A stretch of 64,000 bases of DNA, from contig OX597816.1 in the NCBI GenBank assembly GCA_951406725.2, forward strand, positions 16,182,001-16,246,000. Direction: 5' to 3'. Every line of letters begins with the position of its first letter. The stretch's first letter is position 1. Under the pieces are notes generated by a model. It saw only the letters and a program-made list of their open reading frames with translations. It did no database searches and was not told the origin of the DNA. This DNA is from Octopus vulgaris. Taxonomy: Eukaryota. Both the position numbers and the translations under genes were made by a program. Positions 26,595 to 40,344 of this stretch are shown here, one piece after another.

Positions 26595-27839
26595 TTAAAT
26601 CAAATTCCAGTGCTTCACTGGTCCTTAATTTATTGACCTCAAAATGATGAAAGGTAAAGTAGACCTCAGTGAAATTTGAACTCAAAATGTAAAGACAGAT
26701 GAAATATTGCTAAACATTTTGTCTCACATGCTAATGATTCTGCCAGCTGACTGCCTTCATATTTTTGAAATCTCAAAGCTACAAGATAACGCATGATCAA
26801 TTCAAAGCATTATATTTGATAGTAATCTGAATGTTAAAGGTATATATATCATCATCATCATCAACATCATTTAACATCCGTTTTCCATGCTAGCACGGGT
26901 TGGATGGTTAAACTGGGGTCTGGGAAGCCAGGAGGCTGCACCAGGCTCCAGTCTGATCTGGCAGTGTTTCTACAGCTGGATGCCCTTCCTAACGCCAACC
27001 ACTCCAAATACATGCTCTCACTATCTCTCTCCCTTTCCAGCTTGGGAAACAATGTATTCACCTCTCCAGCTAGAACCCTGTTTCTGTCCCCTCAATTTCA
27101 CATCTTTCGATACTGTGCTCCTTTCAATTGAAGGGTTTTGTCTTGCAAGTATTTGGTGATCTTACAAGTGCTGGTGCCAACCAGTACATACTGTAAAGTG
27201 GTTGGCATTAGGAAGGGTATCAAGCTGTAGAAACCATATCAAATAAGGCACTGGAGCTAAGCACAGCCCTCTGACTCAACTGTTTCTGTCAAAACCGTGC
27301 AAATTATGTCTGGAAAAGGAGATGGGACAATAAATAAGGAAGATGATTTTGATGGTGTTGATGATGATGATTCAAATGCTAGGGATTATATATATATAGA
27401 CATACATACATATATAAATACACACATACATATATACACATACATAAATATATATAATTATATATATATATATATAAATATATACATATATATATATATA
27501 GGGCAAATGAAAGACATTCATTTTATTATCCATTAGCCACGCATGTCTGGCTCTGTTAAGAATACTCCTGATGCATTGGGTAATCAGTTTTGATTTTGTT
27601 GGTTTCAACTTTTGCAGAGGAAATTGTAAAGAAACTCTTTATGAGTTGTATTACCAGTTTATCTTGTAACTTGTTGTTTTCTTGCATTTAAATAAACATA
27701 CACAGATGAAAACTAACAGCAAAATCTACTTCATCAACATAAGAAAAGCAATCCTTTTCTTTTATAACAAAGACAGACAGACTGACAAGTAAAAAGAGAG
27801 AGGTGTATGTATGTATGTATGTATGTATGTATGTATGTA

Positions 27840-27871
<32 letters not shown>

Positions 27872-28045
27872 CACTTTATTGAAAAGAGTTTCTTTCAGGT
27901 TCCCATCTGATGAACGGGAACGTGAAACTCTGAATAACAGGGTTTGTGATATTTTTGCTGCTTTTCAATAAAGCATGTTACTCTACCTCTGGTATTCAAG
28001 TATTTACTACTTTTCCACCTTGTTTCACATTTATGTGCTTACTCT

Positions 28046-28081
<36 letters not shown>

Positions 28082-28082
<1 letters not shown>

Positions 28083-29950
28083 TAGCAGAGATACCCGGCG
28101 TTGCTTGGGATTAAAACGCTATAGTCTATATATATTACAGTTATGTTGAAACAGGTGATACGGGAAAGTGCAGCATTGACAACAAAACATTTGTGGAGTA
28201 AATGATGGGCTAATTCGACTAAGCAACATGCTAAGCATCTGTTTCAGGCCCTAACCTGTGGGGGTTACGTGATTTTTGAATGCACCGAGAAGCTGTCAGT
28301 GGATATACTCTCTTTTGCAACAATCGGCACTGTGTCTAACACGACCCATCATCTGAAATGTTGACACCTTCTTCGGGTTTGTTGTCCTACATCACTCATA
28401 AAGTAAATTTGGAGGAACTGTGGTTGTTCATTTGTGGGTAACAGGGAACCAATGAGGTGATAGACTTGCCCTTGAACTTTGATGTTGTCGTAAATTCATG
28501 TTTATGTATCTTCTTAGATGCAGCAAATGATGTCATTTGCAGAGTTGTATTGTCTGATATTGTTCAGAAAATCCTTTGACTGAGTGGAAATGCCTTCTAG
28601 AAGACCCATAAGAGGTTGAGAAGGAGCTGGTAGTGCTGGCAATGTTACCTGACCGCCTGAGCAGCACATACCATTTGTTTCATTTGAAAATTTTAAAGCT
28701 CTACAGAAAAGACAATTTGTGTTTAGCACACCAATTTGGACAGGGTTATTATTTTTATAAGAATGGGATGGATCATATCTGAAAACAGCTTCAGGAATTG
28801 TGAAGAATGAATTTGTACATAGTCTGTTTCTGAGAGCTATTCTATTGGATCTCTGTCTATACATTAAGTGCATCTAGCTTCTCTCTTCAGACTCTTGCAT
28901 TCGGTTTTCTACAATCCTCCTTGCTTTATACTTGTTTCTGGAGAGATTACATCTTTTCTTTGGTGGCATATTTTTCCCAATATTGTAAACAAAAAATTAT
29001 GGACATAGAAAGAAATTGTACATTAATCACTATTTTTGTAAGCAGTTGTATCCGTAAAAATTTTATTTTAAGAGAGCAGAAATTGAAAGAAGATAAAGTG
29101 AAAAGAACAGAGAAAGAAAGTGAAATATGTATGTATGTCTATATGAAATGGACATGTGTGAGTGTGTGTGTGCACGTGCATGTTTGTGCATGTGTATGTG
29201 AGAAAGAAAGAGGATGAGAAAGAGAGATAGAATGAGTGAGTGAAGGTGTGTGTCATGATGATTGACGTCTTTTAAGGTACACACACATAGAAAACGTGAC
29301 ATCGTATAAAATTTTTACGATAGTTGATTTATGGAAAAGATTATGTTAAATTTTTGATATGCAAATATGTGAATGAAAATTAAGTTTAATTTGTAGCCAA
29401 AATAGTACTGAATCTTTTGATACGGCATATGTCAAAATCTGTAACTCAGTTTTAGAAAGCATAAGGAATATATAATATCAATGAGGCAGACCTCTACATG
29501 GTAGCAAGACCTTGTAGAAATAGCAGCCAAATCTCCTTCAAAATACCCTTCTGTGTTAATCCGACAATTCTGCCTATTATGTAGTTTGAATGAGAAACTG
29601 TTATTAAGATTAAGATTATTAACCCCACAGAGAGAGGAAAGAAGAGAGACAGCATAGCGACGGTTTTGGCTGACTGCCATCCTGTACTCCCCTTGTTGCT
29701 AGCAAAATGGCATGTGCTGGGTGTCTGAGCAACTGGTTGTTTTAATGGCGGAACAAACAGGACATTAAAGATTACAAAAATAGCGATTCTCACTTTGAAA
29801 CTAACAATTTTGAAAATCTTTTTTGATTATGGAACACCCTGCTCTCTTATGTATCCATTCTTAAAATTTCAGTGTGATCAGATGAACAATACTTGAGTTA
29901 TAAGTACACAACCAGACAGACAGACAGGGAACAATTCAATTTAGAAATAC
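28082..29950 (-). mobile_element. Helitron deletion derivative with RepHel N-terminal fragment
   Basis: Minus strand CLFCRALKFSNETNGMCCSGGQVTLP...FLNNIRQYNSA and KVQGQVYHLIGSLLP...QFLQIYF. The 3' end is cccaagcaacgccggg hairpin + CTAG|T at 28082. The 5' boundary is approximate. Confidence 0.85.
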
Positions 29951-30929
29951 TAAATCAAATTTCACAAAATATAATATATATATAAAAATTAGAAAAAAAA
30001 GAAGGTGCCACGCAGTGAGACTGAACTTGGAACTGTGTGGTTGGGAAGCAAGCTTTGTACCACACAACCACTCCTACAGCTATGTATTTTTTCTTGTCTG
30101 GATTGGTTCAATCTCCCTGCATGGCACTTTGAGTGAGTGTTTTGTACTATAGCCCCAGGCTCACGAAAGCCTTGTGAGTGGATTTGGAAGAGAGGAAACT
30201 GAAAGAAGCTTGTATGTATGTGCATGTGTGTTTATGTCTCCTTGTGTTGATATTGTCATGAATGAATGTCATTCATTTCCATCATCATCATCATCATCAT
30301 CGTTTAACGCCCGCCTTCCATGCTAGCATGGGTTGGATGATTTGACTGAGGACTGGCGAACCAAATGGCTGCACCAGGCTCCAATCTTGATCTGGCAGAG
30401 TTTCTACAGCTGGATGCCCTTCCTAACACCAACCACTCTGAGAGTGTAGTGGGTGCTTTTACGTGCCAGTCATGTGGTACTGGCAACGGCAATGAAAACA
30501 CCGTGTTCTATTACGTGTCACCTGCACACCTGCACAAGTGCCAGTAAGACGACACTGGTAACGATCACGCTCGAATGGTGCATTTTACATGCCACCAGCA
30601 TGAATGCCAGTTAGCTGTCTGTAAAAACATGTTTGGGCCATTGGGAAGTATTACATTACTTGGTAACTGGTAAGGTTTGATGACAAGAAGGGCATCCATA
30701 CAAGCAGGGAAAAATGTGGACATTAAAATGATTATGATGATGATGACAGTGATGATATATAACAACCACATTACTAGTGAGTCACATTTCAGAATCCAAA
30801 CAATCTGCTGTTTACAATCCTGTTGAAATTACGGCTCAAATTAGCAGCGACACGCTTCTCTCTTGACAATTAAACCCAGGGTTTGTGTTGATCACGCCAC
30901 AGACGATGTATGAACAAACAAACAATAAA

Positions 30930-31660
30930 CAGATATACAGATGACACTGATATCAAGAAATCCTCTTGCGAGCGTGACCTAGGTATCACTGTCAGCAGTG
31001 ATTTGCGTTGGACAAAGCATATCTCTAAAATTGTCAAGAAGGCCGAGGGTGTCTTGGCATTACTCAGCAAGACTTTTGTTAGCCGCTCTCCAGCCATCTA
31101 TTTAAAGCTGTATACAGCTATGGTACGACCACACTTGGAATTCGCATCATCAGTTTGGAACCCCTATCTTGCTCAGAACATTGACCTCCTGGAATCTGTT
31201 CAGAGACGTGCAACCAAACGCATACCCTCCATCAGACACCTACCATACTCTGAGCGCCTTGTTTCCCTGGGCATGGATTCACTGAAGCTCCGGCGTCTGG
31301 CGATGGACTTGGTAAACACCCACAAAGTTATCAACCAACTCACCAACAACAACACTGAACACATTTTTGATCTCCATGTGTCCAACACACGTGGACATGC
31401 CTACAAAGTCAGAAAACAACACAGCTCCCATGACTTTTGGAAACATTTTTTCATACTCAGAGTTGCTGAAGCATGGAACAAACTGCCTGCGTCAGTTGTT
31501 GACTGCCATGACACTGCATCCTTTAAGGCCCTCATGCTTTCCGAAATCCACCGAAACTACACCTGATTATACATACACTTTAGATGAGTTGTAGTGCATC
31601 TGAGTACTGTACACAATGTTTTATTATTATTATTATTTATTATTATTATTATTTATTATA
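30930..31660 (+). mobile_element. CR1-group LINE 3' end with (TTA)n tail
   Basis: ERDLGITVSSDLRWTKHI...LYTAMVRPHLEFASSVWNP...LESVQRRATK...TRGHAYK...AWNKLPASVV. Confidence 0.9.
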
Positions 31661-32739
31661 ATTCTTTAGTTGTATTTTACAGTTTATTTCTATTCCACGA
31701 ATATTCTTTCTGTCCTTTAGTGACAAAACTAATTTATTCCACTTATGTGAATCGTAAATATTTACACAACCAAAGACTGTAACAGATTTTACCGGTTTCA
31801 GATTGTAGTATATCTTCTTTGTTTTCTAATTTTAGATAGTTCTTGATGACTCCTTACTGTATACACAAAGCTACACCTTTGATAGTTTAAGAGAGCAGTC
31901 TGTTAAACTGCACCTACAACTTGACTTGTTCATATTTTATCATACTCTTTTACTTGTTTCAGTCATTTGACTGTGGCCATGCTGAAGCACCGCCTTTAAT
32001 CGAGCAACTCAACCCCAGGACTTATTCTTTTGTAAGCCCAGTACTTATTCTATCAGTCTCTTTTGCTGAATCACTAAGTAACGGGGACATAAACACACCA
32101 GCATCGGTTGTCAAGCAATGCTAGGGGGACAAACACAGATACACAAACACACACACACGCATATATATATATATACGACGGGCTTCTTTCAGTTTCCGTC
32201 TACCAAATCCACTCAACAAGGCTTTGGTCGGCCCGAGGCTATAGTAGAAGACACTTGCCCAACGTGCCACGCAGTGGGGCTGAACCATGTGGTTGGTAAG
32301 CAAGCTATTTACCACACAACCACTCCTACGCCTAAGAAATAACATATTTTTGTGGTCCTTGACACCATACATGTCTCATATTTGCAGAATTTATCGGCAG
32401 ATATGCCCACACTTTGTTCAATGTAGTGTGACTATCATTGCAAACTAGATGAGACATGTTTTGTTGAACTTTTAACTGTCTCTTAGGAAAATTGGTATTT
32501 TGAATGTGCCCTTAGTGTTTTGATTGTGAGGTCACATGGGTTACGGTCACTTTCTACTAAGCAGGGTCAAAGAACTGTAAAAAGAACTTCATGGTTTGTA
32601 TGCTCTTTATGGAGCTTTGCCATCACAAATCTGCAATTGCTTACTTTATAACTGTTGACTATTCTGAAAATGCTTTTCCCAGCTGACAACTGGCTTCAAC
32701 ATGTCTTTTATTTCAGAAATACGGCCAGTTATGAAAGAG

Positions 32740-33080
32740 AAGAAAATGTAAAAATAACCCCGATGTCTTCTGCTTATTTCTGGATTTGGCAGTGAAACAA
32801 AATCACAGATTTTGTGAAGGAAGCTTACCTTCCTTCCTTACTTATTTTAGCATGAAACTGGGAGACAAGACAAAGCTTGGGCATCCTGTATAATGTGCAA
32901 AACATGTGTTGAAACAACGAGACAGTGACTGCTTCAAATACTTAAGTAGAAAGTTTCCAGCTTTGTCTTGTGAGAAAAATAAGGTTGTAGTGTTTGATGG
33001 GCCACATATTAGGTGACTATCGTAGGTCGAGCTATTTTTGGAGACCATTGAAAAAGAAGCATGAAATTCTTTTGTTGAGT
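32740..33080 (+). mobile_element. Internally deleted transposase remnant, probably Chapaev (CMC)-like
   Basis: Frameshifted translation KCKNNPDVFC...ITDFVKEAYL..YFSMKLGD.DKAWA..MCKTCVE joined directly to DCFKYLSRKFPALSCEK...FDGPHIR...EKEA*NSFV. The superfamily assignment is from memory of the motifs. Confidence 0.6.
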
Positions 33081-33126
33081 CTGCCCCTGGATAGTTAAAT
33101 TTCTGTTGTGATATTCTTTACAAATA

Positions 33127-33512
33127 CTAGCAGTATCACCAGGCGTTGCTCAGGTTTGTTTCGACCCTTTAGAATTGGAATTTTTGAAAAGTATTTGCAT
33201 TATGTAGCTTGTTATTCTCTTTAAGTGGACATTTTTCTGGTTGAAATACACCGACAAATGGTGACACAGCAGTCAAAAAATCGTAAAAAATAGGGATTTT
33301 CATAGAAAAAAAGCACCTTTTTGATGTAAATAATTTTTGGGGTGTTACATGGACTGATTTGAATTTTTTCTTCAACGGAAGGAAGAGCAAGCCTTCTTCT
33401 ATCATACTCTCAATTTTCGTTAACTTGCGCCGCAGGGTCTCGGAGGAGATAGTGTTTGTTGAAGGCTACTAAACCTGCCATACACAGACAACTTCAGTTT
33501 TATATATAGAGA
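33127..33512 (-). mobile_element. Non-autonomous Helitron
   Basis: A|TCTCTATATATAAAACTGAAG...GCAACGCCTGGTGATACTGCTAG|T on the minus strand; near-identical to 35284-35665. Confidence 0.8.
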
Positions 33513-34880
33513 TTTACAAATCACTTTCGTCAACAATTTGTAAATAATCCTTTCTACTCTAAGGATAATGTCTGAAATTTGGTGGGAAGGGTCTAGTCAA
33601 TTACATCGACCCCAGTGCTCAAGTGGTTCTTATTTTATCGACCCCAAAAGGATCAAAGACAAAGACGACCTTGGCGGCATTTCAATGTCGTTCAGCTCGA
33701 AATGCCGCTAATCATTTGTCCAGTGTGTGAACGAGTCTATAAGCTCTCCGCCCTAGCAATTTTAAATAACATCAACAGTTTCTTTCTTTAATGAAATATA
33801 TTTTTCAAAGAAATAATTTATTGCTGTTTCACGGTTTAATTCTGTATTTTAATAAGAGAAAATTCTTTCGTTTGCTCCACTGACAACTTAAGAATCTCCG
33901 TTGGTATTTTAATTCGCTTTCTAAGCCTTACAATGAATGTTTTATTGCTTCAGTGTTTGGTGCCACAATCAATTGCTCTCAATCGGTCGCTAATTTACTG
34001 TTTGTGGTAAATAAACATGAAAATATTGAACAAAATAGTCATTGTTTTCCCACTTGTTTTACATGTCGTCTGTCGTTCTTACCAATATGGTTACACTCGG
34101 TTTTAGGGCACTATTTTATTCAGCAAAACTTTAATGTCTAGATTTGATGGTTTTACAGTTGTTGATAATCTACTTTTGTATTTACTTATTGTGAACACAC
34201 TTTTAATTCACCATCGACAGCTACCTACCTTTATTGACATATTGTCATTTTATATCCCGCGTGCTTCTGTCGAAAGGTTGCCCGGTTCCAGCGACAGCTC
34301 AACCAAACACGACCCCAATTCTTCCTGTCTTGTTGGGACCCAAATACTTACCTGTTGGTTGACACATTTATTATAGCTTTGGCGTGAAGATTATAATGAT
34401 TTATTTCGTAACTTAACAAAGTTTGTGGCTTTTAAAAGACAGCCTAAAACCAATTATTCTAACGAAATTCAGAATTTTTCCTTTGTTAATTCTTAAATTA
34501 TTTATACTGATGTATTTCGTCTTAATATATTGATGTCAATGAACTAAATAGAACAGAATATATTTTCATTTATATATTATCGCAAGATATTAGGTCCAGT
34601 ATACCCTTAGCACATTATGTATATGCATAAACACGTATTTTTTTTTTAATTAGAAAGAAGAAATCTAATTATTATTAAAGAAATCACATATAACCAGAGA
34701 TACAAAATGAAGGGTCGATAGTATTCTGTTGTTTACTTTCACTTTATAATTATAATTGTAATGCGAAATAAACAGAATATAAGCATTGTTCTTTTATATA
34801 GTTACCTGTAGCAAAAGAGGAATCAGTGAAATAAATTTATGAACGTAAAATTTGCTATATAGTATCACTTACCTGATTTG

Positions 34881-35146
34881 GGTACTACTTAGGAAGTGTG
34901 GTCCCGGTGCGCGCACTCATGTATTCGCGCATCCGCGCTAGCTAGTCGTGACTAGTCGATCCTACAACGACTACCTAGCAAAGTAAATAAAACACAAAAT
35001 AAATAATTTTTTTTTGCACAAAGTAAATAATTTTTTTTAAAACAAAGTAAATAAAACAAAAATACGAAGTAAGGATCGACTAGTCACGACTAGCTAGCAC
35101 GGATGCGCGAGTGCGCGCACCGGGACCACTCTTCTTAAGTAGTACC
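34881..35146. mobile_element. MITE with ~75-bp TIRs and 9-bp TSD (Mutator- or Merlin-like)
   Basis: GGTACTACTTAGGAAGTGTGGTCCCGGTGCGCGCACTC... / ...GAGTGCGCGCACCGGGACCACTCTTCTTAAGTAGTACC, with CCTGATTTG duplicated at 34872-34880 and 35147-35155. Confidence 0.88.
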
Positions 35147-35283
35147 CCTGATTTGATTAGTGTAGTTGTGATTGTAGTAAGTTGATAGCATTTTGGAAAA
35201 GAACATAGAGGAAGAAATTCATGGAGCTTCTGCTTATAATGGGTGGAGTAATTAAAGGCAGACAGTATAAGCTATATGTAAAA

Positions 35284-35665
35284 CTAGCAGTATCGCTCGG
35301 GTTTGTTTTGACCCTTTAGAATTGGAATTTTTGAAAAGTAAAAATTTTGCATTATGTAGCTTGTTATTCTCTTCAAGTGAACATTTTTCTGGTTGAAATG
35401 CACCGAAGAATGGCGACACAGCAGTAAAAAAAATTGTAAAAAATAGGGATTTTCATAGAAAAAAAAATCACCTTTTTGATGTAAATAATTTTTGGTGTTA
35501 ACATGGTCCGATTTGAATTTTTTCTTCTACGGAATGAAGAGCAAGCCTTCTTCTATCATCTCAATTTTGGTCAACTTGCACTGCAGGGTCTCAGAGGAGA
35601 TAGTGTTAATTGAAGGCTACCAAACCCGCCATACACAGACAACTTCAGCTTTATATATAGAAAGA
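35284..35665 (-). mobile_element. Non-autonomous Helitron (second copy)
   Basis: Same body as 33127-33512, with TC...CTAG termini between A and T. Confidence 0.8.
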
Positions 35666-35959
35666 TGTAAAATGTGAGAAGATGTTCAGTAGAGATTCGA
35701 ATATTGAATGTGGACGGTCTTGCGAGACGTTTAATATGGACGTGTAGACAAGACATTAACTTTGATGAAAAGTGAAATAGCATTGAGTTGAGAGAGTGGC
35801 TAAACATTTAAGACATCTGATGCTATTGTTATTAACTCCAGCTCAGCCCTCATCGAACAACTTTATGATCAGAGGATTCCAGCCATGACCAACTAGTTTT
35901 TTAGCAACATCAAAGACTATATTACTTAATACGTCTTTTCATTAATTAAGGCGTTTAAA

Positions 35960-36480
35960 AGCGGTGAGCTGGCAGAATCGTTAGCACGCCGGGCGAAATG
36001 CTTTGTGGTATTTCGTCTGCTGCTACGTTCTGAGTTCAAATTCCGCTGAGGTCGACTTTGCCTTTCATCCTTTCGGGGTCGATTAAATAAGTACCAGTTA
36101 CGCACTGGGGTCGATATAATCAACTTAATCTGTTTGTCCTTGTTCGTCCCCTCTGTGTTTAGCCCCTTGTGGGTAGTAAAGAAATAGGTATTTCGTCTGC
36201 TGCGACGTTCTGAGTTCAAATTCCGCCATGGTCAACTTTGCATTTCATCCTTTCGGGGTTGATTAAATAAGTACCAGGTACCCAGATTTCAGGCCTTGTG
36301 CCTATAGTAGAACGGATTAATAAAGGTGGATAAGGTGGGGAGCTGGCAGAATCTAAGTTCAATTTCCGCTGAGGTCAATTTTGCTTTTCATTAGTTCAGG
36401 GTCAATAAAATAAGTACCAGTTGAGCACTGGGGGACAATGTAATCAACTAGCTTCCTCCCCTCAAATTTTAGGTCTTCCT
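35960..36480 (+). mobile_element. SINE family C (Nin/Deu-like core), internally repeated
   Basis: gagctggcagaatcgttagc...gagttcaaattccgc head plus gcctttcatcctttcggggtcgattaaataagtaccag core. Other copies at 5105-5600, 8295-8520, 10190-10405, 33550-33750 and 2600-3170. Confidence 0.75.
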
Positions 36481-39400
36481 CCCACCACTGTGTAATTTTA
36501 GTGGAGGTGCATGATTTACTGTGGTTAGGGTGCTACATGCATGACCAGAAGATTGTAGATTCAATTCCTGGACCAGGTAGTGTATTGTGTTCTTGAGCGA
36601 AACACTTACTCCAGTCCACACAGCTGGCAAAAAAGAGTAATCCTGCAATGGGCTAGCGTCCTATCCAGGGAGGAATATATATATGCCAGACATTGTCAAG
36701 TGATGTCAGGGGCGCAAACACAGACATACAAACATATACACACACATATATATATATATGTATATACATATATACATATATACGACGGGCTTCTTTCAGT
36801 TTCTGTCTACCAAATCCACTCACAAGGCTTTGGTTGGCCAGAGGCTATAGTAGAAAACACTCGCCCAAGGTGCCACGCAGTGGGACTGAACCTGGAACCA
36901 TGTAGTTGGTAATCAAGCTACTTACCACACAGCCACTCCTTTTCGGAAATTTCAGCTGGTTCTATGTTCTGAGTTCAAATATTACCAAGGTCAACTGTGC
37001 TTTCATCCTTTTAAGGTGAATAAAAGTATTGGTGGCAATGGGATGGACTACTGCCCACCCCTCAAAATTGCTGGCCTTGTGCCTAAATCAGAAACTATTA
37101 TTAGTGCTATTTTTGTTTTCTTCATTGCTTTCAAATTTTGGCTTGAGGCCAACAATTTTAAAGGAGAGGATAAGATAATTACATTAACCTCACTCTTTGG
37201 CTAATACTTATTTGACTGGCTTTTGCAGAATTTGAACTCAAAACGTAAAGACCCAGAAGCATTTTGTCTGACATGCTAATGATTCTGCCAGTGTACCACT
37301 TGTTGATATCATCGTGTTTTAGGCATTTAATCTCTGTAAATTACTGAAGGACGTGGTGGTTCATGGCTTAGTGGTTAGGGTGTTGGACTCATGATTGTAT
37401 AATTGTGGTTTCAATTCCAGGAACAGGTTGTGTTTTTGAGCAAAGCACTTAATTTCATGTAGCTCCAAAAGCGAGTCGTCCTGTAACAAATTGGTGTCCT
37501 GTCCAGTGGGGAAAGATATGTGTCATAGAAGCTGGGAAAACTGGCCCCTATGAATCTTTATAACTTGGGAAGGATCATCATCATCATCATTTAACATCCG
37601 CTTTCCATGCTAGCAGGACAATTTGACTGAGGGCTGGCGAACCAGATGGCCGCACCAGGCTCCAATCTTGATCTGGCAGAGTTTCTACAGATTGATGCCC
37701 TTCGTAACGTCAACCATTCAATAAAGTGTTCCTCTGGTGACACATTTTGGTTCAATGTCCCACTTACTCTTGGAACACTCAATGCTGTAACTCTAAGCAA
37801 CCACAATGTCGAAACATATGTAGTGAACAAATAATATAAACTTGAGTTTGCCATAATTTCTCCTATCATCGTGTTTTAAACAATTTCATGCAACTTTCTA
37901 TTTTTGCATCGTCATGTACCCCTCTGTACTCCTAAAGCATGTTTATAATTGTCCTTCGTGGGTGTATTGTTGTGTTTACAATATGTTTTTTTGCGTTGTG
38001 GAGAAGTTTGTTTTCTTGTTTAATGCATTACTTTTGTGCTTCTTCGTTTCATTGTATATACTTTTATATGGTGTTGTCAATGTTATGCATGCCACACAAA
38101 TTATATTATTTTGTTTAGAATGTGTTTTATATGATCTGCATGAAATGTATAATATGCAAGTTAATGACTGGTGGTGATTGTGTTGAATGTCTTATGCTTA
38201 TTGTGTTATACTTACCCTTTGGAAAGTGTATGTTGAATAGAATTTCTGTGAACTTTTACTTGTGTGTAGGTTGCATTATAACATCAGGTGTTCATAATGC
38301 GACAACTATAGGTCATGATATTTTATTGGGTTGTGACTCTGTATAACATGATCTTAATAATCATGTTAAATTATCAGGTGACATTTCTATGGAATATGAC
38401 TCAGTCGTATGACTTGGTTGCGTATGGGATATTTTATTTATCATGAATCAATTATATTTTGTAAGTATTGTATTGAGTTGTGATTGCCTAAGAGTATGAC
38501 CTTCGGGTTTTGTGCTGTATTATCAGGTGATATTTGTGTAGAGCAGTAATGAACAAACTGTGGCCTGTGGGACATTCTTGAATGGCATGCCTAACAAAAA
38601 AATTACTTTGTATTTTTTTAGCAGTGTGGCCCACCTAATGATGAATCATATCTCCTGCAGCTTTCTTCTTGAAAAAGACTGCTCATGCTTGATGTAGAAT
38701 TTGGCTCAGTTATATAAGTTGGTTGTCTGTGGGGTATTTTACAGTACTGGATGTTGATTATGTATTATATATGTTGTATTATTTTATCGTATGATGACTG
38801 TGTTAGACTCATCATCATCGCTTAACGTCCGCTTTCCATGCTAGCATGGATCGGACGATTTGACTGAGGGCTGGCAAACCAGATGGCTGCACCAGACTTC
38901 AATCTTGATCTGGCAGAGTTTCTACAGCTGGATGCCCTTTCTAACGCCAACCACTCTGAGAGTGTAGTGGGTGCTTTTACATGCCACTGGCATGGGGCCA
39001 GTGAGGCAGTACTGGCAATGACCTCGCTCGAATCTTTTACACATACCACAGGCACAGGTGCCAGTAAGGCGATGCGGGTAACGATCACGCTCGAATGGTG
39101 TCTTTTATGTGCCACAGGCACGGAGGCCAGGTGGCCACTCTGGCAACAATCATGCTCGGATGGTGCTCTTAATACCCTACTAGCACAGGACTCGAGTGCC
39201 AGTAAGGCGATGCCGGTAACAATCACACTCGACTGGTGCACACAGAATTTATGTTTGTTTTTACTAGTTGAATCTAGAAAAAGGAGCAGTGTCTATGGCC
39301 TTTGTAGGCCTTCTGAGACCAGTGTACGCAGTGATACTAATATTCCTAAACAGTTGCAGGTCAACAACAGCAGGAAAGACACAAGTAAAGAGAAGGTTTC

Positions 39401-40344
39401 AGCAGGATGATATTTTCTGGAGGAAGAACTGAGCATAGTTGTTAGTGTGAGGCTGAAGGTGGGGTGGATACAATGTGGATGACAAAAGTTGGGGAGATGA
39501 ATACAAGAAGGTTGAGGTTACTCAGCTGGTGGAGATATGAGACTAGCTAGCTTCAAGGAACAGAAATCATAATAGACAGAAACTGAAAGAAGCCTGTCAT
39601 TTATGTAGCATGGAAAACGGACGTTAAACGATGATGATGATGATGATATATATATATATGAATAAATGAAAGAATGGAGTCGAACGAAGATTTTGACAAA
39701 ATTCCTTTACTCTCAATACTAGGATAATTACTATCCATACTAGGATAATTCATTCACCTACTTATATATATATATATATATGAATGTGTGTGTATATGTT
39801 TGTGTGTCTGTATTTGTCCCCCCAACATCGCTTGACAACTGATGCTGGTGTGTTTACATCCCCATAACTTAGAGGTTCGGCAAAAAATACCAATAGAATA
39901 AGTACTAAGCTTACAAAGAATAAGTCCTGGGGTCGATTTGCTTGATTAAAAGGCAGTGCTCCAGCATGGCCACAGTCAAATGACTGAAACAAGTAAAAGA
40001 GTAAAGAGTATATCTTCTTAGTATATAATAGTGGCAAGTTTTAAATCATCTGGGGGACATCGGAGTGTTTGAGTGACATTAGACCCCCAACAAATGCCCA
40101 TAAATTAAATGCATCTATCTGGGCCACAATCATGGCTCGTCATGCTTTATCTGTTAAATATCCATTTTATTGTAAAGATTGTTTGCCAACATAACATGGC
40201 AGTCCTGGTTTAGGACAAAAGTTGCTATAATTTAGCCCCAGGAGACATTGTCTCCGGCTGGCAAACAATCTTTACTACAAAGTACTGTTGCTGAATATCT
40301 CACGTTGTGAGATTCAAAAATAGTAATTTTCTAATCTACTTTAT

